Shown piece after piece: positions 40,299 to 55,170 of a stretch of DNA of 64,000 bases. Source of the DNA: Daphnia carinata (Eukaryota); the NCBI RefSeq assembly GCF_022539665.2, contig NC_081333.1, positions 9,548,001 through 9,612,000 of the forward strand, written 5' to 3'. The notes below the pieces were generated by a model, which was not told where the DNA came from, did not search any database, and worked only from the letters and a program-made list of their open reading frames with translations. A program made the translations under genes and the position numbers. Every line of letters begins with the position of its first letter. Position 1 is the stretch's first letter.

Positions 40299-43200
40299 TT
40301 ACGACAAAATACTCGACGATAAAGGTGTGTGTAAAGCTGCTGCCGTTTTTATTCTAACCCCGCCTATTGTTCTGATTCAAACCTCATAATCAATAACATT
40401 TCCAAACTCAACTTGACCTCATCCATCCAATTTCTTGCTCTCGTCCCAACCAAGTGAAATGCTATTATCTATTAACACTTCGTTTTTTGTCAAAGTCCTT
40501 ATGCGAGCAACGAGGCACGAAGCATTGTGGGCGTTTTTAGTTTCCTTTCCTGTACATTGTCATGATCAAAAGAATTTTTTCATTTAAACTGCAACTTCGT
40601 CGTTTCGATGGCCATTTTCAACCGAAGTTTTCTGCTAGATCTTGCAACAAAATTCTAGCTAAAAACAAAAGTCATATTCCCTTTGTCTCAAAAAATTTTT
40701 TTTTTTTTAAAAGGAAGGTCATCCAATTATTTCTGTGTTGCTTGGACAGCGAGACGTGCGTCAGTGACTCCAGTCGAATGTCATTTAAAAAAAAAAAAAA
40801 CGAATATCTCTCCAGAAAAACTAAGGGTCTTTTCATTTTTTTTTTTTTTTTTGACTATTTTTCTTTCTACTTAACATAACAATGGATAAAATGTAAGAAA
40901 ACATTAACAAGCAACGGTAATTCTTTACTATATTTCATACGATTTGACTCAATTTGATTAAACGTTGATATTATATAGTGCAAAACAAATCGATCCACCG
41001 ACAGATCGCCAGGCCAAATTGAAATAATTACAAACTTTTCGTGTCATCCGACAAAATTTCATTAACCTAAGATATAAAATATCTTTTAACTGAATTGTCT
41101 CCTGTGTACGTGTATCCTTTGTAATCCATTCATGTTTTTACAACTCTATGACTGCACAATGAGAAATAAGCAAATTGCCATGTCTATGCGAGTTGAGTTG
41201 TTTGGACGCATTTTTAATGGACCCTCGAAATATCGTTCACACGAACGACACGCAAATGAATTAAGGGTGTGTCTCCGTGACATTTGAGTTCATTAAACAC
41301 AGTCGCTGAGAAGAGAATTCAGCCAACAAAAAAGAAAAAAAAAAGAAGAGACTAAATTAAACGGGAAAGTAATCAACGAAAGAGGGGAAGCACTTGATTG
41401 TCATGCTGGCTGTGCTATGGCTGATTAGATTTTTGGCTCGACTAAGCTACTTCCTTTAACGCTGATGAAACCGTGTAGCTTTCCCCGTTCATGTTTCAAC
41501 TGGCATTTAAAAATTTATGAGTCGTAAGTGCGCAGATATGCGGCAACAAAAGAGACAAAAAGATCGCGGAATATTTTCGCCTGCAGTCATTACCCAATTT
41601 TCTTTTTGAAATCATTTCCGCGATCGGACACGCTCCGAAGAGTTTACCCTCTTTTTCTTTTTTTTTTTTGTTAAGTGCATGTGACCGCCTTAATAGAGCG
41701 CCAGTCCCGCATGCCAAAAGACTGTGCTGCTGCATAACACTAGAATCTAATCTCGCGCGTGGGTTCGTCATGTCGCCGCGTCTATGCTAATGCCACAACC
41801 GCGTCGAATGCATCACCGTCTGAAAAGGTCGCCGACTAAGAGAATAAAAAAAAAAGAAAACAGGACACAGTCGCCATTTGAACTGCGCTACAATCTGACT
41901 GCAATACATTTTGCTGCATCCGAAAGCGCATTTTGCATAAAAACTCGCCTCATTTTCCTCATTCTCTACGTCAGATTAGTGTCTGAAAAGAACAGTAAAA
42001 ACATTAGGATAGTTTCGTCTCAGTTTGGCGTCCCGCAAAAGAATGAACGTTAAATATTTTTGAACGATACATCGAAAGTGCGTCAACTGGCTACGTACCA
42101 GAACTAGTCGCCTCCGCTCGTTTTTGCGCCCAACTGGTTATTAAATGTTCAGTTTGGTTTTGTATGTACGTGGCTGGCGCCGAAGGAACGAGACGAAAAA
42201 AAAAATCAATGAACCAGCAGTTAGTACTTTTTCATTGCGGCCTGCGATGAATAGTGCGATAGACGATTGTAATCTACAACAAAAGGAGAAAACTTTGCTG
42301 CTGGTTGAAAGCAGTACTCGCTTTTCTCTGGCAATACGGACGAAAAAAAAACAAAAAAGAAGAGTACTCCATTCAATTATTCTAGTGCACAAAGAGCGAA
42401 GAGGAAGCAAGAGGTATAATAAAAGAAGCAAAGCAAAAGAGAATCATCATAGCTGCATTGAGAACAGAGCGAGGTACGCTTCAGCCAAAAAGGGAGAGAT
42501 GCTTTTAGGAAAATGATATAAACAGCCAGGGTGAAACTATTTGGCACTACTTTATTGCATCAGAATTTTCAATTTTTTTTCTGCCTGGTTTTTGGTCTTT
42601 TGAAAACCAAATCAGCGAAGTCCCCTTCTCCATCTACATAGCCCCCTCTTTTTTTTTTTTGTTCTTGCTTTGCATTTCCAACGCACCCCCATGTGCGTAC
42701 ATGAGAAACGATTTGAATATGCACGTGCCATCAAGACGGACGTAAAATAAGTAGCTGTGATGAAAGCGTCAACAGAAATTACGGCTAACGGTCGGACGCA
42801 CAACATGTGCGCGTAGAGTTTACATCCGAATGCAATTATTCACTTTATACTCTTGCCCGTCTGAGAATATAAGTTGAATGGACGATAATGTTCCTTCCTG
42901 TATACGCACGCTATACTTTTCATATGCTGAATTTCACCGCAACGGTGCTGTGCGTCTAGTTCTTCTTTTGTTTTTGTTTGTTTTTTGTTTTTTCCCAGCT
43001 CTATACAACAAAATGCGAAAGAGCTAAGCAAAGTCCGGCTTGGATGCAGAAAGAAAACGGCAACCACTAAACAGATTATTATTACATCATTTTTTTTTTG
43101 TTTTTGTTACAAATAGATAAGAAACACAGCCTTGCGTCGTTGACCGCTATGTATGCGGAAGCGCTATTAGTAGTAATCGAAAGAAGGAGAAGAAGAGAAA

Positions 43201-46099
43201 AAAGAAAGGCAAACGACGGGCGAACCCGACGACTTGCTACTCCCCTATTTTGAAGGGCCGCTCGGTTTCTTTCATCCGTTAATGGACGTTATTCACGCTC
43301 ACAATGGAAAAAGGCGTGAAAAGGAGGGATAGAATGATGGGGCGGACGAGGAGCATCCATTACCGATCTAAACAATCTACTCCAAATTCCGACCAGCGGC
43401 CGTGTAATCGGAACCTGTCGTCCGGAAACAATAAACTTGCTCATCTTATATATTTGTTTTTTTTTTTTTGTTTTTTTTTTTCAAGAAGAACTTAAAAGCT
43501 CGTTTGCTGTCCAGCCGACTTCTTCGACCGCTTATTTTCTACTTGCTTTTCTCAATTAAATTTTTATTGCAAACGACGATCTTTGCTGGATATTACACGG
43601 AATAGCGGACGGAATTTTTTTTTTATCCCCCCTTTTTTTCTTGTTACTCATCATGTGCTAACGAGTTTTTCGTGGATGACTGATTTTCCCGTCAGCCAGC
43701 TATGTTGCACCGAAGCGGTAGTTCGTTTCGGGACTTGTGCGTTAGGCCGTTAAAAAAAAAAAAAAAATTCTTCTTCCGCTTACGTTAGTCCAATGGACAC
43801 AACATGCGTGGACTTTGTCAATAAATCTCGGCTCCTCTTTCCATCGTGCGCCGTCTGCTAGTCGAGAGCCAACAAATCTTTTTTTTTTCCTTCTATTTCT
43901 TACTAGACAGTTCATTTGCCGCACGCCGTTGAACAGCGAAAGCTAATTGACTTTGGTCGTGAGTTGTCTCGACTGTATGGGGCTTCGCCCAATTGGATGG
44001 CTAAAATAAGAGCGGCTAGCGCGTATAATCAAAGTTCTTTATTTATATTAGATCTAGAACGAAAAAAACAAAACAGCAGGAAATGGAATAACAAGACGAG
44101 CGACTCGTTTTTCTTAAATACGCGCCTAATTTACTGACTCGAGTAAAAATAGTTGTAAGAAAATAGCGGACAGTCAAACCCTTGCTGTTGCCCCAGAAGA
44201 AATGCTGTTTTGCTTTTGGTATAGCCAAATTACTAACCAAAATTCAAATCGTCTAGGAGCCACAAAAAAAGAAAAAGAAAATGCACTTATGGCGTGTGCT
44301 CTACCTAATTATATAGCCCAATGATGCTATATACTATAGTTGCTATGGGCTATTTGCATATAAGATGATTGCCGACATGGCGTCAACACCATTATCAGGT
44401 CTTTGCTATCGCTATTATTATACCATACCAGGTAAGAGCGAGGTCGAGATCGAAGTGGTGTGTAATCTCACTGATGGACACTACGTAGCTCCGAAAAACT
44501 CTGTGATTGTCTCGAAAAATATTTCTCACCTTTTCTGCAGGCCACATAAGGCGAACGGCAGAGAAGGAGAGTTAATATAAAAATGGACTTCAAATTGGGA
44601 ACGGCTTCAAAATGCGAACAGCAGTTCGTCTTATTTATAAGGTAGCCCAACTTATTTATTTTTTTTATTTAAAGGAAAGAATAACATTTGGCCGGCCTTA
44701 ATGATGCCCTCGAGAAACTCAAATGAAATGTTTGTCTATGATTTAGAAACAATAGTTGGCATTTCCGAACGGAACCGCTGCCATTTGCATACAAAAAATC
44801 GACATCCGGCAGTTTTCTTTCGTTTTTATTTCAGCTCATTATGCGTTGTAACTTATGTATTTTCTATTTCTGTTGTGGAATGCGTGATGCATAACCACAA
44901 AAGGACGGGAGGTTTTTCTTGCATCCTCAACAATGCTACGTCCTTTTTATTTATTGTTGTTCTGTCTTGTTTTTTTAAATCACAGATAAGAATTCGTTCC
45001 CATTCGCTTAACAATGAGGGAACGGAGAAAACAAAACAAAAAAATAAAATTACTGTATTATTGACGGTTGAGATTTGATCATACTGCCGCATACCGCAAA
45101 TCCCAGTTGGAACTCACGAAGAGAAGGGGGGAAAAAAATAAAGAAAATGAAACATTGTGAAACCCTTTGGCTTGTCGTACGGCGTCATCTGCCGCGCTAC
45201 GTAAAGATAGCAGGTGCTCGTTGAACGTGTGTTCCAGTCCGTCTTTGCCTGTGTTTTTTTTTTTTTTACGAGTTCTCCTCTTTCTGCAATTTCGAATCAA
45301 AGTAAAAAGGCGATCTCAAATGCAGGAATGGAAAGAAAATCGATCATAAAAAACCTCCGGGCAAGGCCAAAAAGAAAACACATCCATCAAACACTTGGCG
45401 TTTTCTTTTATGAATTATTATTCCTTGATGTCATTCTGCTAGATTCACACGCTCTTTGTTTTTTTTTTTTTTTTTTTAAATTCCCTTTTTCTTTTGCCTT
45501 TGCAACGAGACTTTAGCGATGATAAGTACGTACGCTATTTACAGCTAATTAACTAGAGTTACAATATTCCAAAGAACAGCCGGCGAGTCCCAGGATGGCT
45601 GGACAATCCGCCCTCATATCCGGAGAAAAAAAAAAAAGGAAGAGCCTTATGTGCTGGATGGTGAAAGAAGTCACCAGACGCGAGGCGAGTGCGTATTATA
45701 TAGTAACACGAACGTGAATTCAAAAAGGAACGCACCCTGCTGCAGCATAGCGAGAAATCTACGAAATGAACGGACGGCTCTCTTCTTGTGGAACGACAAC
45801 CTAACGGACTGATCTACAAGCACAGTTTTCTTTTTCACTAGCGGCATCATACACACATGTAACGTGTGAGTGCCTCTTGCCTCACAATCTCCGTGTAATC
45901 TTCGCCTTAGCCTGTGAAGCGTTTCATCTCCCTCTCCCGGGCGTCGACATCTGTCCCGACCATCTGTCGTCCGCACTGTTTTTTTTTTCTTTCTTTCTTT
46001 CTCCCAGTTTTTATTTTTTCTGGTTGTTTATGTCTTGTAAGAACGAACCATTTTAGCTCGCGTACTCACCAGTCGCCGGTCGTCCTCATCAATCTGGCT

Positions 46100-46132
<33 letters not shown>

Positions 46133-48097
46133 AAAACGGGAGGATACCACCTCCGTGAGTCCCTGGCCTAGTGCCCGCCCTTGTACCTCTACCTTCTTTA
46201 GACCGTAGACTCACCTGCTGACAGCTGTTACTATCATCGTCTTTGGTCTTCTAACGAAATTTAACTGCCTCCATCCATACGGCGAAATTGTCCGAATTGG
46301 TGTGTATCTGCGTGTGCGTGTGTGTGTGTCTATAAGAGTTAAGGGAGAAAGAGAGACTGGCTTCTTATTAACTGAACTTATGTGTGTTAGTAGCCATCGT
46401 TAAAGCGAGATTGACCTGAAGCAATGGCAGGGTGCCGTGATTTTTCATTTCGCTTCGTTCATCAGGTTCTGTTTCGATGCACGTTTTAAAATATAATAAT
46501 GCCTGATGTTGTTGACGATGATTGAAATTTGATGAATCCCTCATTCCTGTCCGGCCAGCCAAGCAGAAAAATGAAACAGACGCTAAATGGGGGAAAAGAA
46601 TAAAAGAAAAACCTTAGGCTCATTATGTAACCTACAGTTCAAAGACCACTGAAGAAAAATGAAAAACACAAAAGAATAAAAGATTTTGTTCAAATGACTC
46701 AAACTCCCTTCAGGCCACTTGGTCATTCCCCATGCCGCATCATCGTGCCTTTAAATGTTTTCGTGTCTATTTCGTCCTCGTTGCTTTATACGGTTTTCGA
46801 AATTTTCTATCATCTCTACGCTGTTTTTCTTCCTTCAATTATGGCGTCTTTGTTTTTATTCATATGATTTCACAGCGTATAAAACACAGCTCGGCTGTTG
46901 TTGCACTGGTGGGCGATGTGATCGTGCCGTCTAACTGTACAGCCTTGGCATAGAAGAACGCTACCAATTATTACAACCGCCGTCTTTTTTTTTTTTCAAA
47001 TATTTTTTATTGCTTAAACTATTAAATAGTGGAAACAAATATTCTCATCTTTTTTTTTTTTTTTTTTCTATACCGCGTGATTCATGAAAAAGAAAATCTG
47101 GCGCAGCTCAGAAAATACTGGAGGAAGGAAAACTAAAAAAAAAAAAAAAAAGACAACACAATTAAAGAAGATAAGCCGAACCACCAACGGGATTCCTCAG
47201 CAATGAAGGAGACAAGGAAATGTAGAGCCATTTGTGCGATACGTATAGGCGCTGCAAATAAAATCCAAATCATTTCTAACTTTAATAGCAACAATTTTCA
47301 TTTAAAAGAAGCTAAAAGTATAAATTCCAAAAAAAAAAAATATTCGCTCATTTTATCGCGTCATTTGATTAAACGAACTGCTTCCTGTTTACGTACATTT
47401 TTGCCCCTCTCGGTTTTTCCAAGAAAGATGTGAAGATTTAGCGTATGTTTTTTTCTTTTTTTTTTTCCTCCCCTTTACTGGCCGAGTTCTTTTGCGTTTT
47501 CGAGTGAGTTTGCAAAGTAGCAACCGTTGGCTGCAGGGTATTTTCTTCGGGACAAGAAACACAACATGCCGGGTTGCTGTTGTCGAGGCGGAGGAAGCCG
47601 CCCGTTCCTTCCAAGAGAGAGAGAGAGAGGAGGTGCGGCACGAGAAGAGTCTTACGGCTTTATGTGTAGGCTACATATAGCGGTTAAGGGGACGGACCCT
47701 TCTGTTGTTGGCACGGTTGGATGGGTACTCTGCTGGTATTTTTTCGTTCGGGACTGGGCCCGCTTTCAAATATCACTACAAGCTGCTGTTGGCCGTCAGT
47801 TATACATCAGATGCCGGCCCGTTCAATTCCTCCAAGGTAGAACAGCTACTGATTCAAAAACACTCGAACTTTCAGTTCTCCTAGTGTTTCTGTTTGCTGT
47901 GAATTCTTCTGTTCATCTTCAAATTATTCATTCAATTTCGTCCTTGTCCATCATCAATCCGCGTGCTTCGCGATAACTAGTAAAAAAAAAAAAAATCAGG
48001 ACATTGGGTCCGCTCGTGTCCATCGCTGTGCGTCACTTACCTGTCAATTCGACTTGAAGAGACGGATCCAAAAAAAAACAACAAAAAAACAAACAAA

Positions 48098-51000
48098 ATG
48101 GAAATACTTGCCAGCTTTTTGAATCCATCTCAATTGGGGCAGATCAGGGAAGTCACCAAGAGTGTCTCGCTGGAAGATGTGGCTGAAGTGGCCACTACCG
48201 GTTTCCGTTCCATGGGCACGACTCGAGAAGATTCACTCGTCTTTGTACTCGGTTTGCTCAATCTAGGCACGGTATTGTGCTACGCCGTTTACTCGCAACT
48301 CTTCAAACCCGATCGGCGCGGCTCTTCCGCCCTGGATGAGAACCACTTTGTCATGAAAAAGATCCAGACGATCCTCGACGAGCTTGTCCTCCATGTTCAC
48401 ACGACCACCTACTATCGCAGCTCTTTGGAAAGGACCCAAGACCTGGCCTCAAAACGAGACTCGAACTTCCGACCTCGATCTTCCGACTCATCATCCATCC
48501 GTAGTCTTTTCACGATTTTCGACCTGCCGGAATCTTTGATTTACAGTGAAAAAGAGCCTCCGGCTGTCTCGCAATTCTCGTCCAGACGATCGTCGGATGA
48601 TTACGACAACTACTTGCAACGAGAAGCCAAGAAAATGATTCAAGAGTGGCTGTCATTTTTGGTCCAGTCAACTCCGATCCCTTTCCTCAGCCGGACGAAA
48701 CGTCACACGCTGATGTCATTCCCGAACAGGTATCGACGCAACACGACGGCTGGACACCGTCGGTGGTCCATCAGGAAACGCATTGGCAGGCCGTCAACAT
48801 CAGCGCCATCGACGTTGAAACCGGTGACTCGCGCTGTTGCGAAAACGTCAACAACTGCCGAACCGCATCCGGAGTGGACATTGAATCAGGAGGCAATGTC
48901 TCAGCTACGCCGACCGCAGATGAAACGGCTGGTTGCGGCCGCAACTGGTGCGGAAGCAGATGGCCGAGTCCTGGCGGCTGCGCAAGCTGCCGTTGCCGTG
49001 GCCAGTTCTTCCAGTGAACCGGACGTGCCTCATCCAGCCCACCAAGACGTTCCCGTTCTTCCTGTCCACACACTTTTCCCACACGAGACCGTTAGGGAGA
49101 GAGGCGCCGGTAGCAGCCATTCGAAGAGCGATCGGTCCAGTAGCAGCCGCAGTGGTATGCGAATCGAAAACGGACCGACGGAGAAACCGGAAGAAAAATC
49201 GAAGGAGGAAGCAGTGCCGACTCCGGAGCCCAAACCGCAATCTGAGCCGAGGCATATTCCTTCCGAATTTCGTCAGCAAATGTATAACAGGCATCCGGCC
49301 GAACAATTGGAGTCGCCGTATGATCTCGAAGACTCGGAATCGATCGCTGAACCGGCCGAAGAGGAGAGTCTCATCGTCCGACTGATGCATTTGATCCAGC
49401 AAACAACCCCGCTGGCCATGGACGTGTTAGACGTCTACAAGTCGAGGTCCGTTGGTCAACAGGGGACCCAATCAACGGAGCCTAAATGCCTTGAACGGCT
49501 CTTGTGTCAGCTCAATCAGGACTGGAAGACCAGAGGTTCCGTTCCAGCAGCCATGGCCCCATTCCTCAGGTAAATCCCCAATTTTAAATCTAATTATTTT
49601 AGCAAACTACTCGATTGTTTTCCCCCCGTTCGTTTCATTGACATAAATATCGGAAAGATGAACATCAAAAGAAATCATCTTTCCATGGTGTACCGTTTCC
49701 GGCTTATGATTTCGTTCTTTGACTTCTTTCGTCTGTTCTTCCGTTTCCTGCTCTTTGCCGAGTTATCAAACGAGCGAAAGGAATGAACGCATGTCTTTAT
49801 GGATAAGCGGATGCATCGAAAGGTAAACACATGTCGAAAAAGAAGGACACCCGAAACCGTCGCCCCCAAAAGTACTGCACAACGCAAGAAGCAGTAACTC
49901 TTTTTTTTTTTTTTTCTTTTTAGCACACAACTAGTCATTTAGTTTTTGTCCTTTTCTTGCTACTTTTTGTGTGTGTTGCGTGTCCACATCCTCGCGTGAA
50001 TGGAAGCAACGAACAACAGATGGTCTTTAACGACGCATGTTGACATCACAGCGGTACGGGAAAGATTGGCATAGACAGAGGGTGGAAGTCTACAGACAAG
50101 GGTGAACATAACGGATCAAATTCTCGCCACATCGCTTCACCATCGTTTCCTTAAAAATAGAAGGAATTGTCCTTTTTTTTTTTTTTTTTCTTTGGTCATC
50201 AAAGCTTTTGAAACGAAGGATTTTTGAAATTTTATTTTCACAGCATTGCCGAAAGAAAAAAAAACCCACAACGGCCATCTGTTTTTATGCCGTTTCCCAC
50301 TTTTTCTTTCGCTCTGCACGTAATCATTTCCCCTCTCCTTTTTTTTCTTTTCCAGTGGCCATAACTTTCCCGTATACTAGAAATGGACGGGGAGAGGACA
50401 CTGCTCGTAATTTCTCTCGACTATCAGGAAGTGATTAGTTTGATGAGAAGCTCTTTGGTGGTGAGAGACCCCCTTTGCTTTTCCCTTTCCGTTCACAATG
50501 AGGGCGATGATTCTCGTCTGTTTTTGTTTTTTTTATCGGCAATCGCGTAAACATAACGGGCGCGGTGAAAATGAAAATAGAACGACCTGTTAACAAGATC
50601 GAGAAAAAAAAAAAAATGACACACGGGGAAATGTTTTGCGGTAATCTATAAAGCTTTTTCGTTGGAACAAAATGCGTGTGAAAAACAAAAAAACAAAAAG
50701 AAACGTTATTATTTATTCTTCTTCCTCTCCCTTTTATTTCTTTCTCCGGGTGCGAAAAAAATTCGAAATGATTTAAACGATGAGCAAGTCACACAAGAAA
50801 AGTGGACAATGGAATCATGAAGGAAAAAAAAAAAAGAAAAGAATATCATTCCGACTGCTACTTATCATCAATTTATGTCGACTGTAGAGAATGACGTCTT
50901 GACCGACTCGCTCTAGTCGACATTTTAACAACCGTTAAGTCGAGCGTCCTTTTTTCTTTTCACGTTCAGTTCCGTCCCTTTCGTCATCATCTCATTTTGA

Positions 51001-51183
51001 TTTATTTTTCGCATTTATTCTATTCGCCCTTGAAGATGTGACCGATTTACTCTGGTCGTCCTGGCCGACATTTCATGCTGGCTTTATTACCAACCACCAG
51101 CAGGTATTTTTCGTAGCGTAACATCTGCGTGATTTTCTCGTGTGAAGCGACAGTCCTTTCGTGATTCGCTTTAGCTCAGTCTT

Positions 51184-51214
<31 letters not shown>

Positions 51215-54126
51215 CTTATTTCGGGACTGGGATGAAACAACAGTACATGCGAAAAACGCTTCAGCATCTACCGTCATGGCGTTCTGGTCGTGCGGAACAG
51301 ATTGGAGGATGACTCGGCCATCCGGCTATTTTTATTTACGTAAACCTAGAAGCCAAAAACTTATGTTGGTCATCGTAATGGCCTTTAACGGTTTGTCAGG
51401 TCAAGATTTCATCGATTCGTGAAATTACTATAAACATCTACTTTGTTGCAGAAAAACATTGTATGCAAATGAGTCTGCGTGCACGTTTCCTCCTTTTATT
51501 TATTTTTTTTTTCCTTCTTCCTTTCTCCATTTCACGGCTGTCACCGTCTACACCACGTCTACCCCTTGCCATCCCGCGAGAAACCTTTTGATTAATCGGG
51601 CACGACTAACACGACACACGTGTTGGCAATCTTGACTTGGGGAAAATGCTTGCACGGATCGAAGGACTCTCGGCGGGAGCGGGCGTCACGCACTGTGTTA
51701 TCCAACGAGTAATCCCCGGGCCGCTATCGCCAACCACGGCCACAATCTCGCTAACGGAACTTTGTCTCTAATTTTATTTCTTAGACCCGCCCGACCCTTG
51801 CTGAAGTGATTGTGTACGATGCTGGCGATGACGCAATGACTGTGTACGCCATCTTTGATAATAATTAATTAGAAATAATTTTGGGAACGAGTGGAAAGGA
51901 TAACGCGGTCACTGAGAACTCCTCGGCCGTCAAGTGCACGGCTGTCAAGTCAGCGCCAAATGGCAAGAATGTCGTAGAATTTCAAATGAAAAATTATGCG
52001 TGGAACAAACAAAAGGGAAGAAAAATCTTGGAATCGGTCCACTTCTTTTGGCAACGTAACCGTGTGCGAGCAAAGAAACAAAAAATGGGCCAAACAGCGG
52101 TCAATGGAACACAAAAATTTTGTCTTAATGCCGTCAGGCAAACATCTCGTCTTTTTTTTTTTTTCCCTAAAAATGTTTAATTTCTATTTTTTTCAAGTAC
52201 TGGAAGCAAGCCATAAAAGAAAAAAACCAACGGGGAATAACAGGGTATTCAAATGCGTAAAGAGAAAGATTGGAAAAAATTAGGTACCGCTGAATCAACT
52301 TGTGCGCTGGAGATATGATGTTTAGGATTGGTTACAACATAGAAAATGCAAATCAAAATGAAAATCGGCAATTCATAATAGATAGCGATACTCGCTAGTC
52401 TTCTTTTCCTGTCTTCACTCTTGGCAAAAAGTAGAAGAAACGAGTAAAGTAATTACCGAGACCGTTGTGGATTACCTGATGCTACCCCATATAGGAAAAG
52501 AAAAAGCGTTAAACACCGAAAGGGGATACCCGAAGCTGTTAATAACAGTCTTTCGTGAATATCTATTACAAGTTTCAATGACATCAAATCCCTTCATTTT
52601 GACCATCTGTTTTTCGTGGGATGTACGGTAAAATGTTACAGGGCTGGTCGCCCATGCACTGCCTTGGCCAGTTCACGTACACTTCCTGATCCACCCCTTT
52701 TTTTTATTTCTAACATGTACGTTGTGTTTAAAAACAGAAAATATTAATAATTCATCTTACGTGTGTTAAAACATTCATTTCTCATTTTTCTTCGTTGTTT
52801 TCATTACTCGCTGTTTTATAGTATCGCTATGGGTTGGTTGCTGAATCGGTCTACTACTCCGAATCTTTCGCACATTTTGATGGCCGTTCGTGCTGGTTGG
52901 ATAGGCAAGCAATGCGTGAGTCTCTACCCTCGTTGCGCTAATCCCGGACGCCCTCAATGGACCGTGACCCCATTACATGACGACTCGTTGAACTTGCCAA
53001 GTATCGGACAGCCGCCCGTCAAAGTCCGCCCACCTCTCGATTTCTTCGCCTTCACGCCCACGCCTTCAACGACCACCTTCGAGAGCACAATGCGACCAGT
53101 TTCCTCCTCGTTGCGAACGGTTCCATCTCCCAATGCCAAAGTACCTAACCCGGCCGAACCGGTTGGCTTGCGTACTACGACAACATCAACGACGGCCACC
53201 AAGAAAACCTCCCCTTCGACGGATTGGGACCGTGAAAGCGACCAAAGTGACACCAGCAACCCGGACTATGGACTCTGGGGCCAGCACTCGATAGAATTGG
53301 GCGAGGAAGAACAGACCACGTCCACCCTGATCGGGACTTCGTTGCAAGTGGATCGAAATGGAATGTCTGGTGCAGCCTCCAGCAGCGGAACGGACAGTTT
53401 GAAACCGTGGGGCAAACCCAGCCGGTTCTCGGGCACGGACGATCTCGAGCTCAGCGACATTGTTCGCGGAGTTTACTCGAGTACGACAGAAAAGGATCTT
53501 CATTTGGATGAAGAGGAGGATGAGGAGTATGATGTTGATGAGGAGGAAGAAGAGGAGGAAGAAGAGGAAGAAGAGAACGTAGAGGAACCATTGCCGTCAA
53601 CCAAGAAGCCAGCAGTTCACTACCCGGAAGATAGTATCCTTCACGATTTGAACAAAAATCATTTCACTGATAAAACTACAGTAGCGACTCCTGTCAAGGC
53701 CAAAGACACTTATGAAGGTTCGTATTGCATTGCATTAGAACTTAATTTTGGATTCATAACCGCAATGTGTTTGGTGAATTTTCGAAACAGAGTTCCAAAA
53801 GAAAAAGACGCATCGGCTTGAAATGGTCCCAACCAGAGGTCTAGTTCATCCGTGGTTATCGGAGCCTGTTTGGGTACCAGAAAACGCCTGGCCGCCGAAG
53901 ACGGCCGACAACCATCCCCGACCTGAAGAGGAAAATGAAGAGAATGGTGACCGGCATCGTGATCGGGTATCGTTTGGTCACGAGGTAATGTTAATCATTT
54001 TATTTTAAAATCATTTGGAACTTTTCCTTCAATTAATTTTTATCGTTTGGTAAATTAAAGGATGCCGTAAAAGATGTCCGATTATTTGACTTTGCAATGC
54101 AATATCTTCGTGACCGGTCGGCATAA
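48098..54126 (+). CDS. Uncharacterised 875-aa protein with N-terminal hydrophobic segment, central DM4/DM12-like Cys module, Ser/Thr/Pro-rich and poly-Glu regions; 4 coding exons
   Basis: Exons 48098-49569 (CAAAATG start; AG|gtaaat), 52822-53717 (ttatag|T...G|gttcgt), 53791-53984 (aacag|AG...GAG|gtaatg), 54061-54126 (ttaaag|GAT...TAA); 2628 nt in frame. Motif CLERLLCQLN...HILMAVRAGWIGKQCVSLYPRC spans intron 1. AATAAA at 54438. Confidence 0.8.
53506..53576 (+). repeat. Coding GAG/GAA-rich repeat encoding an acidic poly-Glu tract
   Basis: DEEEDEEYDVDEEEEEEEEEEEE within exon 2 of the 48-54 kb gene. Confidence 0.85.
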
Positions 54127-54437
54127 TGAAGCTGCGGATGTTAAAAAAGACTCACTGTGCATTATTTATTTTGAAAGTGTCATGAACAACGATGAAAAAT
54201 TGTGACATTTTTACCATTGGGTTGTGAGTTTATGGTAAAAACTACTGTGGAATGGTGAAGGGACCCACGCTTGCACTTCTTAGACATTTCCTCCTCATTC
54301 CTTGTGCTTTGTGAATCAATTTTCACGCCCACAGTCTTATTTTCCAGACGAAAAAGTCCTTTGTTATATTGTTATTGAAATGTTGAATATCTAACGCCTA
54401 TCGTTCATCAGACATATGTGTGTGTGATTTTTTTATT

Positions 54438-54443
54438 AATAAA
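54438..54443 (+). terminator. Polyadenylation signal AATAAA of the 48.1-54.1 kb gene
   Basis: First AATAAA about 310 nt after the stop codon, followed by T-rich sequence. Confidence 0.5.
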
Positions 54444-55170
54444 CGTTCAGAAAACCTATTATAACGTGTTTTTTACATAAAAATCGAATCCCATTACTCA
54501 AATAAAAACTATTGGGTAGTTGATTGTTTGAACACCAGATGGTGTTGGCAACCAATTTCTGCTGCTACTGTCATTTCATTGTTGGTGAAAAAACCCGAGT
54601 CCTACGTTGTTGTGGACTAGGTTTGTAAACCCGACTGAAGCAGTTTGTCTCGTTCGTGAAATTCGCCTTCAATTAGCCTAAAAGTCTAAGTCAACTTCAC
54701 GAAGAAGCTAGTAACGTGACTGCCAAATCGCCAAACCGTCTTGCCTGTCCCAATAACACGGATTTCACCTAACGCTATGGTAAGGTATAACGCCGACGAC
54801 CCGCCCCCATCCAAACGAGTTTTGTTGAGCACTTGCATGTTTATGCAACGAATCAGATAGCTATTGCTCAGTAGCGCAGGTATGCTATGGATTAACGTGA
54901 TCAACTTATAAAGTCCCTTCGTCAAGTGAATTTACGATTCACGAAAGATAAGCCCAATGCCTTGGTTGGGAAGGTTTTTTTTTGGTTGATCTAAGTTTAC
55001 TAAACCACTCTTCCTTACCTACTGGAGTGGTTTTTACTGGTTATCATTCCTGACATCTGATTGAAATTTTTCCTCTGCTTCAAGCCCATTGTAGGTGGTG
55101 GGGTATTAGATTGCTTATGTCCCATTCATTTCGACTAACAGCCAGTGAGGTTGACTCACATCAAATCCCT

